NCBI GenBank assembly: GCA_965213995.1
Contig: OZ243929.1
Coordinates: forward strand, 184,860-248,859
Length of the DNA: 64,000 bases
DNA from: Gammaproteobacteria bacterium
GTDB lineage: Bacteria; Pseudomonadota; Gammaproteobacteria; Steroidobacterales; Foliamicaceae
Direction: 5' to 3'
The stretch's first letter is position 1, and each line of letters begins with the position of its first letter. Positions 29,830 through 39,544 of this stretch are shown here, in pieces. The notes below the pieces were generated by a model that worked only from the letters and a program-made list of their open reading frames with translations, did no database searches and was not told the DNA's origin. The position numbers were made by a program, and so were the translations under genes.

Positions 29830-31147
29830 ATGCGGATTTTGCCTGATTCTCCGGTCGGGCCGCCCATTCGCGCACGCTGCGGGCCGCCTTCAGCCCGCTG
29901 AGCAGCCCGTCCTCGTGGAAACCCCAGCCGGTCCAAGCGCCGCAGAAGAAGCGCCGGCCGGCTGAATTCAACTCCTCCACCCTGCCCTGCGCGGCGAAAG
30001 CCTCGGCGCTGAACAGCGGATGCGAAAACTCCAGCGTGCTGATTGTCTTGTCGCGGTCCGGCGCGCGCAGCGGATTGAGCGTCACGCAGATCGGCTCGGG
30101 CGATTCAAGATGCTGCAGCAAGTTCAGGTTGTAGGTCACGGACGCCTCGCTTCCGCTATCGGCCGATCGGTAGTAGTTCCAGGATGCCCAAGCCAGCCGC
30201 CGCCGGGGAAGCACGCTGGCATCGGTATGCACAACCGCTTCATTGCGCGGGTACGGCACGGCGCTCAACACCTGCCGCTCGAGCCGCGTAGGGTCCTTGA
30301 TCAACGACAAGGCCTGATCGCTATGCGCCGCCACCACAGCGGCATCGTAGGCCTCGATGCCGCGTTCCGTTTCAATATGAACCTGGCCTCCGAAGGATTC
30401 CATCGACCGCACCGGGGAGCTGGCCCTGACCCGGCCGCCGAAACGGCTCAGCAACGCTTGCACGTATCGGTCGGCGCCGCCGGGAACCATGCGCCACTGA
30501 TGGTGCCCCTTGGCCCCAAGCAGATTGTGGTTCGCCATGAAGCGCAGCAGATACAGGCTCGGGAAGCGCTCGATGGACTGCGCCGGACAGGACCAGATGG
30601 CCGCCGTCATGGGCAGCAGGTAGTTATGGACCAGTTCCCGCCCGTAGCCTCCGCTGGCGAGAAACGCGCCCACGCTCAAGGAAGCCAGCTCCGCTTCCTT
30701 TTCCGCCAGCGCCCTGTTGGCATCGCGATTGAACCGCAGGATATCCCGCAGCATCCGGTAATGCCCGGGACGGAAAAGATTTCTCCTTTGCGCGAACAGC
30801 TGGTTGAGCGTGCTGCCGTGGTACTCCAGGCCGGTCTGGTCGCAGCGCAGGCTGAAGCTCATCTGGGTGTCGCGGGCGGGGATGCCCAAATCCTGAAGAA
30901 GCCGCGTGAACTGCGGATAGTTGGCCTCGTTGAATACCATGAAGCCGAGGTCGGCGCGGTATTCCTGTCCGAACCGCTCGAACTCCAAGGTGCGCGTATG
31001 CCCTCCCGGCTTGGCTCTGGCCTCGTAGAGCGTCACTTCATATTCGCCGTCCAGCGCCCGGGCCGCCGCCAGCCCTGAGATCCCGGCGCCCACCACGGCC
31101 ACCTTAAGGGGCGAAGGCGGCATGGCGTCGGTGATTCCCGAATCCAT
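29774..31147 (-). CDS. FAD-dependent oxidoreductase (amine oxidase-like)
   Basis: GAGISGL, GGHT, D.GFMVFN...YP, WASWNY, GFHEDG. Confidence 0.9.
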   Translation of the reverse strand: MDSGITDAMPPSPLKVAVVGAGISGLAAARALDGEYEVTLYEARAKPGGHTRTLEFERFGQEYRADLGFMVFNEANYPQFTRLLQDLGIPARDTQMSFSLRCDQTGLEYHGSTLNQLFAQRRNLFRPGHYRMLRDILRFNRDANRALAEKEAELASLSVGAFLASGGYGRELVHNYLLPMTAAIWSCPAQSIERFPSLYLLRFMANHNLLGAKGHHQWRMVPGGADRYVQALLSRFGGRVRASSPVRSMESFGGQVHIETERGIEAYDAAVVAAHSDQALSLIKDPTRLERQVLSAVPYPRNEAVVHTDASVLPRRRLAWASWNYYRSADSGSEASVTYNLNLLQHLESPEPICVTLNPLRAPDRDKTISTLEFSHPLFSAEAFAAQGRVEELNSAGRRFFCGAWTGWGFHEDGLLSGLKAARSVREWAARPENQAKSAYAQRNLRGLGQAYPAQAG

Positions 31148-31352
31148 CAGGAACCTGCGGCCCTAGCGTGCTGTCCGATCAGCACGCCGGGATATCCGAA
31201 GATCAGCAACAATAAAATCGCTCACGACTATTTCCGCGCTCCGCTGCATCTCCGGCAATCAGTCTCCGGCTATAATTCGTACTTCTGACGCAAGCCGGAT
31301 TCAAGCGTCGGCGGCAAGGGTATTCACGAAAGCCAAACGAGTGGGGATTGCG

Positions 31353-32207
31353 ATGCGGAAGGCGCAGTATAAGGCCAGGATTGTGATTGTAGGCATGATC
31401 GCCTTCCACTTGGCTTGCTTCGGCGCCATCTATACCGGAGTCAGCACGACCGCTGTGGTCGTTGCGGGCGCGCTGTATTTCATAAGGGCTTTCGGCGTCA
31501 CCGCCGGCTTTCATCGCTTGCTGGCCCATTCATCCTTCAGCGCATCGCGTCCGGTGCGGTTTCTGCTCGCCTTCCTTGGCAGTTGCGCCACCCAGGGCGG
31601 CCCGTTGTGGTGGACATCGCACCACCGCCGTCACCATCGCTATTCCGATCAGGAGGGCGACGTGCATTCGCCCATGCAGCGGGGTTTTTTTTATGCCCAT
31701 ATCGGGTGGATGTGGGACTCCATGTGTTTTAGCGGTAATTACGCCAATATCAAGGATTTGCACCGCTATCCTGAAATCAGGTTTTTGCAAAAAGGATATG
31801 TGTTCCTAGTGCTTGGCCAAGCCTGCTTCCTGTTCGGCCTCGGCGCGCTGTTGAACTGGCTGGCGCCCGGCCTGGGAACCAGCGGCCTGCAGATGCTGGT
31901 GTGGGGCTTCTTCATCAGCACCGTGGCCCTGTGGCACGCCACTTTCATGGTCAATTCGGTCTGCCACCTATGGGGCACGCGCCCCAACCCCGCCGGCGAT
32001 AGCAGCCGCAATAATGTCCTGGTGGCCCTGCTGACCCTCGGCGAAGGCTGGCACAATAACCACCACCGCTGGGCGTATTCGGCGCGCCACGGCCTGCGCT
32101 GGTGGCAGCTCGATATCACTTGGCTGGGCCTGCTGCTGATGAAGCAGCTCCGCCTAGTGCGCGGCCTGCGCCTGCCCGCCCGCAACCCGGCCCCCGCCCG
32201 CGCCTGA
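31353..32207 (+). CDS. Membrane acyl-CoA/lipid (delta-9-type) desaturase
   Basis: His boxes HRLLAH, HRRHH, HNNHH. Confidence 0.92.
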   Translation: MRKAQYKARIVIVGMIAFHLACFGAIYTGVSTTAVVVAGALYFIRAFGVTAGFHRLLAHSSFSASRPVRFLLAFLGSCATQGGPLWWTSHHRRHHRYSDQEGDVHSPMQRGFFYAHIGWMWDSMCFSGNYANIKDLHRYPEIRFLQKGYVFLVLGQACFLFGLGALLNWLAPGLGTSGLQMLVWGFFISTVALWHATFMVNSVCHLWGTRPNPAGDSSRNNVLVALLTLGEGWHNNHHRWAYSARHGLRWWQLDITWLGLLLMKQLRLVRGLRLPARNPAPARA

Positions 32208-32330
32208 TTCTTTGCGCTGCACAAGCCGGTTCGCAACCCGCTTCGACCCGCTGTCAAAGATCGATTCCCGGCGCAAAACCGGCTCGGCTGGCTTGGCGAT
32301 ATACTGGCCCGCACAAGGAGGTAGCGAACT

Positions 32331-33050
32331 ATGGACTTGATTCTGCAGCAGTCCCATATAAAGCGCGGCAAGAGGATTGTGCGGCGCGGCTCGCCCACCA
32401 ACGATCTGGTGTTGAGCGCCTATCAAGCCTCCAACGAGCATATTTTCCCGAAAATACTGGATTTGTTCGTGGCGCCAGGAAGTCTGGTGGCCGATATTAC
32501 GTATGGAAAAGGCGTTTTCTGGCGCCATGTGGATGACGGCAGATACCGCCTCAAGGCAACCGACCTCACCGATGGCACCGACTGCCGCCACCTGCCCCAT
32601 CGAGACGGCGAGCTGGACTGCGTCGTCTTTGATCCGCCCTACATGCACACGCCGGGAGGCACCGCGCATTCCACGCACCGGCCCTTCGAGACCTATTACC
32701 GCAATAAAGTCACCGGCAACAAGACCAAGAGCAAGTATCGCGAAGCGGTATTGGAGCTGTATGTGGATACGGGCGAGGAGGTTTACCGTGTTCTGCGTGA
32801 CAGAGGCGTATTGATCGTCAAGTGCCAAGACGAAGTCTGTTCAAATCGCCAGCGATTCACGCATATCGAAATCATCCAAGAGTACGAAAAACTGGGTTTT
32901 GCCGCTGAGGACCTGTTTGTGGTGATGCGCAATAATCGCCCGGGCGTAAGCCGCGCGGCGAAACAGGTCCACGCGCGCAAGAACCACTCCTACTTCCTGG
33001 TCTTCTGGAAGAAGGGCGCAACCGGCTCAATATGGGCTCCGCCGCCGTGA
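32331..33050 (+). CDS. Amino (N6A/N4C) DNA methyltransferase, orphan
   Basis: VADITYGKG SAM motif and VFDPPY catalytic motif. Confidence 0.8.
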   Translation: MDLILQQSHIKRGKRIVRRGSPTNDLVLSAYQASNEHIFPKILDLFVAPGSLVADITYGKGVFWRHVDDGRYRLKATDLTDGTDCRHLPHRDGELDCVVFDPPYMHTPGGTAHSTHRPFETYYRNKVTGNKTKSKYREAVLELYVDTGEEVYRVLRDRGVLIVKCQDEVCSNRQRFTHIEIIQEYEKLGFAAEDLFVVMRNNRPGVSRAAKQVHARKNHSYFLVFWKKGATGSIWAPPP

Positions 33051-33218
33051 ACCCCGTCAACCTAATGCTCAGAGTCATCAGGGAACACACGCCGCAATCA
33101 AAATGGGCTTATCCACTAAGGTTGATACAGCATGTGTTTTCCGTCTCTAGCAGGCGGCTATGGGCTATAGAATGAATCCCTATCGCCCATCTTTTCGGTC
33201 GGGCGCAAAAACAGAACC

Positions 33219-34349
33219 ATGATGAAGCAGTGGAATTGGCAGCATCCTGAATGGCCGCATTTCACTTGGACAACGCAGGCATTCAGCAGCGCCGCCCAGC
33301 AATTTGCCGAGGAATTCGAAGACCAGAACGTTGTCTTGCGGCGGGCTGGCGAGGAGGATTTGCACGGCCTGAGAATTGAATGGTTGACCAATGAAGCCAT
33401 CAAGACATCCGCTATTGAGGGCGAAATCTTGGACCGCGCTTCCGTTCAAGCCTCGCTTCTTCGACGCTTCGGTTTGCGCGCCGGCACCCGCCGCCACGGC
33501 GCTGCGGAGGAGGGCATTGCGGAAATGATGATTTCGCTGCACCGCGACTTCGCCCGGCCTCTGGACCACGAAACCCTAGGCGATTGGCACATCATGCTGA
33601 TGAGCGCAAACCCCTATATCGAAACTATCGGCGGCTACCGTCGGGGGGAAGATCCGATGCAGGTGGTGTCGGGGCCTTACGGACGGGAAACGATCCATTT
33701 CGAAGCGCCGCCAGCAGTTCGCGTTCAGTCCGAGATGGACCGTTTCGTGGAATGGTTCAACTACAAAACAGAAGCCCCCAACTTCCCGGCGGCTTTGGAG
33801 ACGGCCGCAGCGTCGCATTTGTATTTCGAGTCCATCCACCCGTTTGAGGACGGCAACGGACGAATTGGCCGCGCGCTCGCCGAGAAAGCCTTGGCGCGGA
33901 TGCTCGGACGGCCGACGCTATTGCCGTTATCGGCGGAGATCTGCCGGGAGAGGAAAGCATATTACGCCGCTCTGAACCGGGCGAGCCAGTCCTTGGACAT
34001 AAGCGAATGGATAGGTTGGTTTGCCCAAATCGCCGTGCAAGCGCAGGCATACGCCAAGCAAAGCTTCGTCTGTGTCCTCGCGCAAGCTCGCATATTCGGT
34101 CGATTGCAGGGCCAAGTAAACGTCCGTCAGGAAAAAGCCTTGCTGCGCCTGTTTGAAGCCGAGCCGGAAGGGTTTGAGGGAGGAATGAGCGCCAAGAACT
34201 ATCAATCGATCACTGGCGCGGCTGAATCAACGGCAACGCGCGATTTGGCCGCGCTTGTGGAATGGGGCGTTCTGCGCAAGACCGGGGAGCGCAGGCATAC
34301 ACGCTACAAGCTGGCGTTGCCTGACCTGGAAAGCCTATTGGAGACCTGA
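33219..34349 (+). CDS. Fic family protein with DUF4172-type N terminus
   Basis: WNWQHPEWPHF; complete HPFEDGNGRIGR motif; C-terminal HTH (TATRDL). Confidence 0.92.
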   Translation: MMKQWNWQHPEWPHFTWTTQAFSSAAQQFAEEFEDQNVVLRRAGEEDLHGLRIEWLTNEAIKTSAIEGEILDRASVQASLLRRFGLRAGTRRHGAAEEGIAEMMISLHRDFARPLDHETLGDWHIMLMSANPYIETIGGYRRGEDPMQVVSGPYGRETIHFEAPPAVRVQSEMDRFVEWFNYKTEAPNFPAALETAAASHLYFESIHPFEDGNGRIGRALAEKALARMLGRPTLLPLSAEICRERKAYYAALNRASQSLDISEWIGWFAQIAVQAQAYAKQSFVCVLAQARIFGRLQGQVNVRQEKALLRLFEAEPEGFEGGMSAKNYQSITGAAESTATRDLAALVEWGVLRKTGERRHTRYKLALPDLESLLET

Positions 34350-34391
34350 TAGCGCCGACGCAATCTGCGACAGAGGACAGCGGCGGGTCGC

Positions 34392-34575
34392 TCCAGTTCA
34401 ACGCAGCGCATATGTCTTTTGGGCGAAATGGAATAATTCGCGGTCTTCTTTACAGAAGTAACGGTTTTTCTTGGGTACGGCTCTGGATATCTCGGCGTTC
34501 CCGCATCCCAAGTCGAGGGAAAGTAGTGGTTTCTATCGGTCGGATTGAATTATTCTTGATTTCAAATACCGGCAT
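34392..34575 (-). pseudogene. Internally deleted remnant of a NucS/EndoMS-like nuclease-domain gene
   Basis: AGGAGG RBS + MPVFEIKNNSIRPIETTTFPRLGMRERRDIQ, joined out of frame to NRYFCKEDRELFHFAQKTYAL; both pieces resemble termini of that family (recalled, not searched). Confidence 0.55.
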
Positions 34576-34600
34576 TCTAGTTGCCTCCTAAAGCGCTCGC

Positions 34601-35665
34601 TTAAGGCTGATGGATCAATTCAAGTTCCAGTGCGCCCTGCCCTGCCTGCCAGATGCCCTGCGCCTCGTAGTCGCCGGGGTTGCGGGCGGTTTGGCCGCTG
34701 GCGGAGAGGCGGGCGGTGATGGCCAGTTCGGGCTGGTCTGATATCTTAGCGCCGGGGAGCATGGCGTCGGCATCGCTTAGCCGGACTTGCAGCGGAAAAC
34801 GCGCGCCGTCCACGCGCTTTGCGGCCAGCGGCGGTCCGGCTTGGGCGGGAATGCGCGCCACGACGAAGAGAACAGCGTCGGGCGGCGGAGATGGAGGCGG
34901 GCCAAGGCTTAATCGAAGCTCCACGTTGCCGGGCGCGGCAGCGGCTTTTTGTTCTGCGGTGGCCGAACCGGACGCGATAGCGGCTTCTTCTTCCGCGGCG
35001 ACCGGGCCGCTCGTGCCAATGCCCGCGCCCAGCCGATTGAGTTCGCCCTCAACGATAGCCCTCACCTCGGGCGTGACCGGGCCTTCCAGCATCGCCCGCC
35101 AGCGCTGCACGGCGATCACGCTATCGCCCGTTGCGCTGGCTCGCAAGCCGCCGTACCAAAGGCCCTTGGGATTGGCGGGGTCCGCCCGCAGCACTTGCTC
35201 GACCATTTCGCCGGCATCCTGCAAGAGACGTTCGGGGTTGCCGAGAACCAGCGCCTCAGCCTTGCCCATGAGCGCGTCCGTATCGCGTCCATCGGTGAGG
35301 TCCAGCACCCGGTCGAAGGCCTGCGCCGCCTCGGAGTAACGCTCCACCTGGATGTAGGAAGCTCCCAGCAGCATCCAGCCCCTAGGATCGTCCGGCGACG
35401 CTTCCAACCTTGCGCGCAGGGGATCGATCAATTCCTCCACTGCTGGAGGCGAACCGCCCTCCCCCGCCCCGATGCCGGCATGGGCCCATTCGTGGTTGCT
35501 GGATTGCAGGTAGATCAGAGCGGCCAGAACCGGGATCAGCAAGCAGGATGCCGTGAGCGCCGCAGTGCTGGCGGGATTGCCGCGGTCGCGCCACAGCGCC
35601 GGCGCCACGCAGGCCAGCGCCGCCAGCACCAGAAACACGCAGATTGCGACGAAGCCGGCTGCCAT
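34601..35665 (-). CDS. ccmI: Cytochrome c maturation TPR protein CcmI/CycH
   Basis: TM helices, TPR (PDDPRGWMLLG), C-terminal GPPLAA...LSD.DAM.PG...ARLS.SG. Confidence 0.9.
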   Translation of the reverse strand: MAAGFVAICVFLVLAALACVAPALWRDRGNPASTAALTASCLLIPVLAALIYLQSSNHEWAHAGIGAGEGGSPPAVEELIDPLRARLEASPDDPRGWMLLGASYIQVERYSEAAQAFDRVLDLTDGRDTDALMGKAEALVLGNPERLLQDAGEMVEQVLRADPANPKGLWYGGLRASATGDSVIAVQRWRAMLEGPVTPEVRAIVEGELNRLGAGIGTSGPVAAEEEAAIASGSATAEQKAAAAPGNVELRLSLGPPPSPPPDAVLFVVARIPAQAGPPLAAKRVDGARFPLQVRLSDADAMLPGAKISDQPELAITARLSASGQTARNPGDYEAQGIWQAGQGALELELIHQP

Positions 35666-35675
35666 GATCCGTGCG

Positions 35676-36206
35676 CTAATCCTCCTCGGGTATCGGCATC
35701 TTCACGCGTCGACGGATGACGAGCGCGATCGCGCCCAGCGCAAGGGTCACGATCAGGCCGGGGCCGACCCACAGCAAGAGCGTGTTGGGCGCCAGCCGGG
35801 GACGGTAGAGGGCGAAATCGCCGTAACGGTCCAGCAGGAAGCGTTTGACATCGCCTTCGCTCGCCCCCTCCTCCACCATGCGGCGCAATTCGCGGCGCAT
35901 GTCTTTCGCCAGCGGCGCGTCGGAATCGGCCAGGTTCTGGTTCTGGCAAACCATGCAGCGCACTTCCTCCAGCAGTTTGCGGTAGAGGCTCCGCTGCTCG
36001 GCGGTCTGAAGCGGCGCCTGGGTATCCACGGCGCTGGCGCTGGCTGCCGCCAGCAGCAGCAAAACCGCCGCCGCGGCAACTTGGGCGCGGCCCGCAAGGA
36101 GAGCATGCGCATGGGAACAAAAGCGCCCCGCTTTTGCGGAAGCCGCGCCAGCCGCCAAGGCAATGCCGCGCGGGCGGATGCCGTCATTCCCGGAATAGCC
36201 TGTCAT
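35676..36206 (-). CDS. ccmH: Cytochrome c maturation protein CcmH (start uncertain)
   Basis: RCMVCQNQNLADSDA; RYGDF. Confidence 0.93.
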   Translation of the reverse strand: MTGYSGNDGIRPRGIALAAGAASAKAGRFCSHAHALLAGRAQVAAAAVLLLLAAASASAVDTQAPLQTAEQRSLYRKLLEEVRCMVCQNQNLADSDAPLAKDMRRELRRMVEEGASEGDVKRFLLDRYGDFALYRPRLAPNTLLLWVGPGLIVTLALGAIALVIRRRVKMPIPEED

Positions 36207-36748
36207 TGCGCGCCGCCTTCGAGCACGGGCAGGAACACTTGCGAGAACACCGCTTCGCTAAGGGGCCCCACATGCCGATGCCGCACGATGCCTTGGGCAT
36301 CGATCAGGAAGGTTTCCGGCGCGCCGTAAACGCCCCAGTCGATGCCGACGCGCCCGTCGGCATCGACGGCAATGGCCCGGTAGGGATTGCCTCTGAGTCG
36401 CAGCCATTCCAGCGCGTCCGCCGGCGCATCCTTCCAGTTGAGCCCGTACAGCGGCGCCCCGCCCCGCCCCAGCGCCATGAGGAACTCGTGCTCGACGATG
36501 CAGCCCGAGCACCAGCTTGCCCAGACATTCAGCATCCAAGGCCCTTCCTCGATATCCTGCAAGGAGAAAAAGGAACCCGGGTCCAGCAGTTCCGGCAGCG
36601 AGAATTCCGGCGCCGGGCGGCCGATGAGCGGCGAAGGCACCAAGCTGGGGTCGCGCCCTAGGCTGACGCCGAAGAAATACACCATCACGGCCAGCGCCGC
36701 GCACGGCAGCAGCAGAACCCAGCGGATGCGCCGACGGCCGCCGCTCAC
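36203..36748 (-). CDS. ccmG: Thiol:disulfide interchange protein DsbE/CcmG
   Basis: NVWASWCSGC, GVYGAPETF. Confidence 0.95.
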   Translation of the reverse strand: MSGGRRRIRWVLLLPCAALAVMVYFFGVSLGRDPSLVPSPLIGRPAPEFSLPELLDPGSFFSLQDIEEGPWMLNVWASWCSGCIVEHEFLMALGRGGAPLYGLNWKDAPADALEWLRLRGNPYRAIAVDADGRVGIDWGVYGAPETFLIDAQGIVRHRHVGPLSEAVFSQVFLPVLEGGAQ

Positions 36749-38676
36749 GGCCCGTCCTCCTTAGGCGAAGCCGCCCGGTAGCGCCGGTCCGAGATTGCCA
36801 GCAGGCCTCCCAGCCCCATGATCAGCGCGCCCAGCCAGATAAACCGCACCAGCGGCTTCACTTGCACGCGCACGCTCCAAGCCTCATCGCCCAGCGGCTC
36901 GCCGAGCGCGACGAACAGGTCGTGCCGCCATCCGGCATCGATGCCCGCCTCGGTCATCGGGCTCCGCTGCACCTCGTAAACGCGCTTTTGCGGATACAGC
37001 GTGGTGACTGGCCGACCATCACGGGAAACCCGAACCACGCCTTGGGCGGCCTGGTAATTCGGCCCTTCGACCTCTTCGATGCGCTCAAGCTGGAATTCAT
37101 ATCCGGCCACTTCAAGGTTTTCGCCCAGCGCCAGGCGGCGATCGGTTTCCACTCCCCAAGCGGAAACAACGACGACCCCCAGCGTGGTGATGCCCAGTCC
37201 GCAATGCGCCACCTGCATGCCCCAAGCCGAACGCGCCGGCCGCGGGCCGCGCCGGAGCAGCCAAGCCACAGGATCGCGCAGCGCCGCCGCGATCACCCAT
37301 AACCCGGCCAATATCCCGATGCCCGTCAATACGCCCGCAAACCCGTAGGCCGCGGCGGTCAGCACGATCAATCCGAGAATGGCAACCGCGGCTGGCACCC
37401 TCAGCTTCCGCCCCCAAGCAGCGGTGTCCGTCGCTTTCCAGGAAGCGTGCATGCCGGCGCCCACAACCAGCAGCAGCGGCAGCGTGGGAAGGATGAAAAC
37501 CAAGTTGAAATAAGGCGGCCCCACGGAGATCTTTCCCATATCCAAGGCATCCAGCGCCAGCGGATAAAGCGTGCCGAACAGCACTAAAACCGTGGCGGCG
37601 CTGAGCAGCACCGTGTTGACCAGCAGCGCCGATTCCCGCGAGACCAGCTTGAAACCGGTCTGCGGATTGGCGGCGACATTCCTGAGCGCGTACAGCAGCA
37701 GCGCGCCGCCCATCACGACGGCCAGGAACACCAGGATGAACAGGCCGCGGGCCGGATCGCTGGCGAAGGCATGCACCGAAACCAGCACGCCGGAGCGGAC
37801 CAGGAAGGTGCCGAGAAGGCTCAGGCCAAAGGCCGCGATCGCCAAAAGCAGCGTGGTGTTGCCGAACAGCCCGCGGCGCTCGGTAACGGCCAAGGTATGG
37901 ATCAGCGCGGTGCCGGCCAGCCAAGGCATGAACGAGGCGTTCTCCACCGGATCCCAGAACCACCATCCGCCCCAGCCCAGCTCGTAGTAGGCCCACCAGC
38001 TTCCCAAGGCGATCCCCACCGTGAGGAACATCCAGGCGGCGGTGGTCCATGGACGGGTCCAGCGCGCCCAGCGCCGGTCGAGCTTGCCGCTCAGCAGGGC
38101 CGCGATCGCGAAGGCGAAAGGCACGGCCAGCCCCACATAGCCCATGTACAGCAACGGAGGGTGCATCGCCAAGGCGGGATCCTGGAGCAGCGGGTTGAGA
38201 TCGGCGCCGTCGGCAGCGGCGGGAAACAGCCTCAGGAAGGGGTTGGACGTGAGCAGGATGAATAGCAGAAAGCCGATGCTGATCAGGCCCAGCACTCCGA
38301 GAACCCGTGCCCTGAGCGTTTGCGGCAGCGTGCGGCTGGCCAGCGCCACGGCGGCGGTCCAGCCGCTCAGGATGAGCTGCCAGAGAACCAGCGAGCCCTC
38401 GTGCGCGCCCCAGATCGCCGCGAAGCGGTACATGGCCGGCAGCTTGAGGTTCGAGTGCAGCGCCACGTACTGGACGCTGAAGTCGTGGCGGAAGAAGCTG
38501 GCCGCCAGCATGGCGAACGCCAACGCGACAAACGCCAGCATCCCCAGCGCGCAGGGCCGGCCTGCTTCCATCCACCGGACATTGCCCGTATGCGCTCCCG
38601 CCAGCGGGAATACGGCCAAGGCCACCGCCAAGCACAAGGCGAGCGCCAAGCTGATCTGGCCGATTTCAGGAATCAT
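36745..38676 (-). CDS. ccmF: Heme lyase CcmF
   Basis: MIPEIG start, WAYYELGWGGWWFWDPVEN, SVHAF. Confidence 0.97.
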   Translation of the reverse strand: MIPEIGQISLALALCLAVALAVFPLAGAHTGNVRWMEAGRPCALGMLAFVALAFAMLAASFFRHDFSVQYVALHSNLKLPAMYRFAAIWGAHEGSLVLWQLILSGWTAAVALASRTLPQTLRARVLGVLGLISIGFLLFILLTSNPFLRLFPAAADGADLNPLLQDPALAMHPPLLYMGYVGLAVPFAFAIAALLSGKLDRRWARWTRPWTTAAWMFLTVGIALGSWWAYYELGWGGWWFWDPVENASFMPWLAGTALIHTLAVTERRGLFGNTTLLLAIAAFGLSLLGTFLVRSGVLVSVHAFASDPARGLFILVFLAVVMGGALLLYALRNVAANPQTGFKLVSRESALLVNTVLLSAATVLVLFGTLYPLALDALDMGKISVGPPYFNLVFILPTLPLLLVVGAGMHASWKATDTAAWGRKLRVPAAVAILGLIVLTAAAYGFAGVLTGIGILAGLWVIAAALRDPVAWLLRRGPRPARSAWGMQVAHCGLGITTLGVVVVSAWGVETDRRLALGENLEVAGYEFQLERIEEVEGPNYQAAQGVVRVSRDGRPVTTLYPQKRVYEVQRSPMTEAGIDAGWRHDLFVALGEPLGDEAWSVRVQVKPLVRFIWLGALIMGLGGLLAISDRRYRAASPKEDGP

Positions 38677-38699
38677 GCTTGTTAAACCGGGCGTCCTGT

Positions 38700-38860
38700 C
38701 ATGCATATTGCATCAAGGGGGTATGGAGGCTGGGCAGGATTTTGCTTAGCCCTCGCCATTCCCCGCTCCCCTCTTCCGGGAGACGCATGAACCCGTCCAT
38801 GGGGCTTGCTCCGGCATCCTGCCTCCGATACTCCCTGAAGAGGGGAGCGGGGAACGGCTT
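38700..38860. repeat. MITE copy between ccmE and ccmF, without cargo
   Basis: End GCATATTGCATCAAGGGG..GCAGGATTTTGC 38703-38745 directly followed by a palindrome with 18-bp arms 38759-38776/38837-38854 and the shared core in reverse orientation. Confidence 0.8.
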
Positions 38861-38921
38861 CATCTGCGAGCCCGGAGCGTAGCCGTGCTTATGGCGCAGC
38901 GAGCATGCGCGGGCCTGGGCG

Positions 38922-39368
38922 TCAAGGGAGGGAAGCATCCGGGGGATGTCCCCGTTCCTCCAGCATTTCCGCAACTTCCGGCGGCATGTAGTTCTCGTCG
39001 TGGCGGGCCAGGACTTCATCGGCCTCAAACAGCCCGTCCGCGCCCAGCCAGCCATGGGCAACCACGCCCTGCCCTTCACGGAAAAGATCGGGCAGCACGC
39101 CCGCGTAGGCAACGGTGACGCTGCGGTCCAGATCGGTCACGTCGAAGCGCACTTCCAGCGCCCCGGACTGGCGCCGCACGCTGCCCCGTTCGACCAGCCC
39201 GCCAACGCGCAGGCGCCGCCCTTCCGGCGCCTCGCCTGAGACGATCTGCGTGGGCGTATAGAAATAAAGCATATTCTGCTCGAAAGCGGTCAGCACCAGC
39301 GCCGTGGCTGCCGCCAAGCAGACGAGGCCGCTGGCCATTGCCACCATTCGGCGCCGGCGCGGTGTCAT
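38922..39368 (-). CDS. ccmE: Heme chaperone CcmE
   Basis: LPDLFREGQG, LARHDENY. Confidence 0.96.
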   Translation of the reverse strand: MTPRRRRMVAMASGLVCLAAATALVLTAFEQNMLYFYTPTQIVSGEAPEGRRLRVGGLVERGSVRRQSGALEVRFDVTDLDRSVTVAYAGVLPDLFREGQGVVAHGWLGADGLFEADEVLARHDENYMPPEVAEMLEERGHPPDASLP

Positions 39369-39544
39369 GCGCGCAGCTCCCAGGAGCCCTCGTCCGGCGC
39401 CGGGTTCCGTTGCCGGATGCGTCCGCGAACGTCCCGCAGGCGCCGCCGCGCAGTGAGCATCAACCCCGCCAAAACCGCGAACGATAATCCCGCGCAGGAC
39501 CAAACGAACGCGGCATAGCCGCCCATGGCCAGGAACTCCCTCAT
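39365..39544 (-). CDS. ccmD: Heme exporter protein D (59 aa, absent from the ORF track)
   Basis: Hand translation MREFLAMGGYAAFVWS..; ATGA overlaps with ccmC and ccmE. Confidence 0.9.
   Translation of the reverse strand: MREFLAMGGYAAFVWSCAGLSFAVLAGLMLTARRRLRDVRGRIRQRNPAPDEGSWELRA

Noticed and set aside
33047-33175. 42-codon ORF overlapping the MTase stop as a restriction enzyme remnant
   Set aside because: Position is suggestive but the peptide is too short to assign
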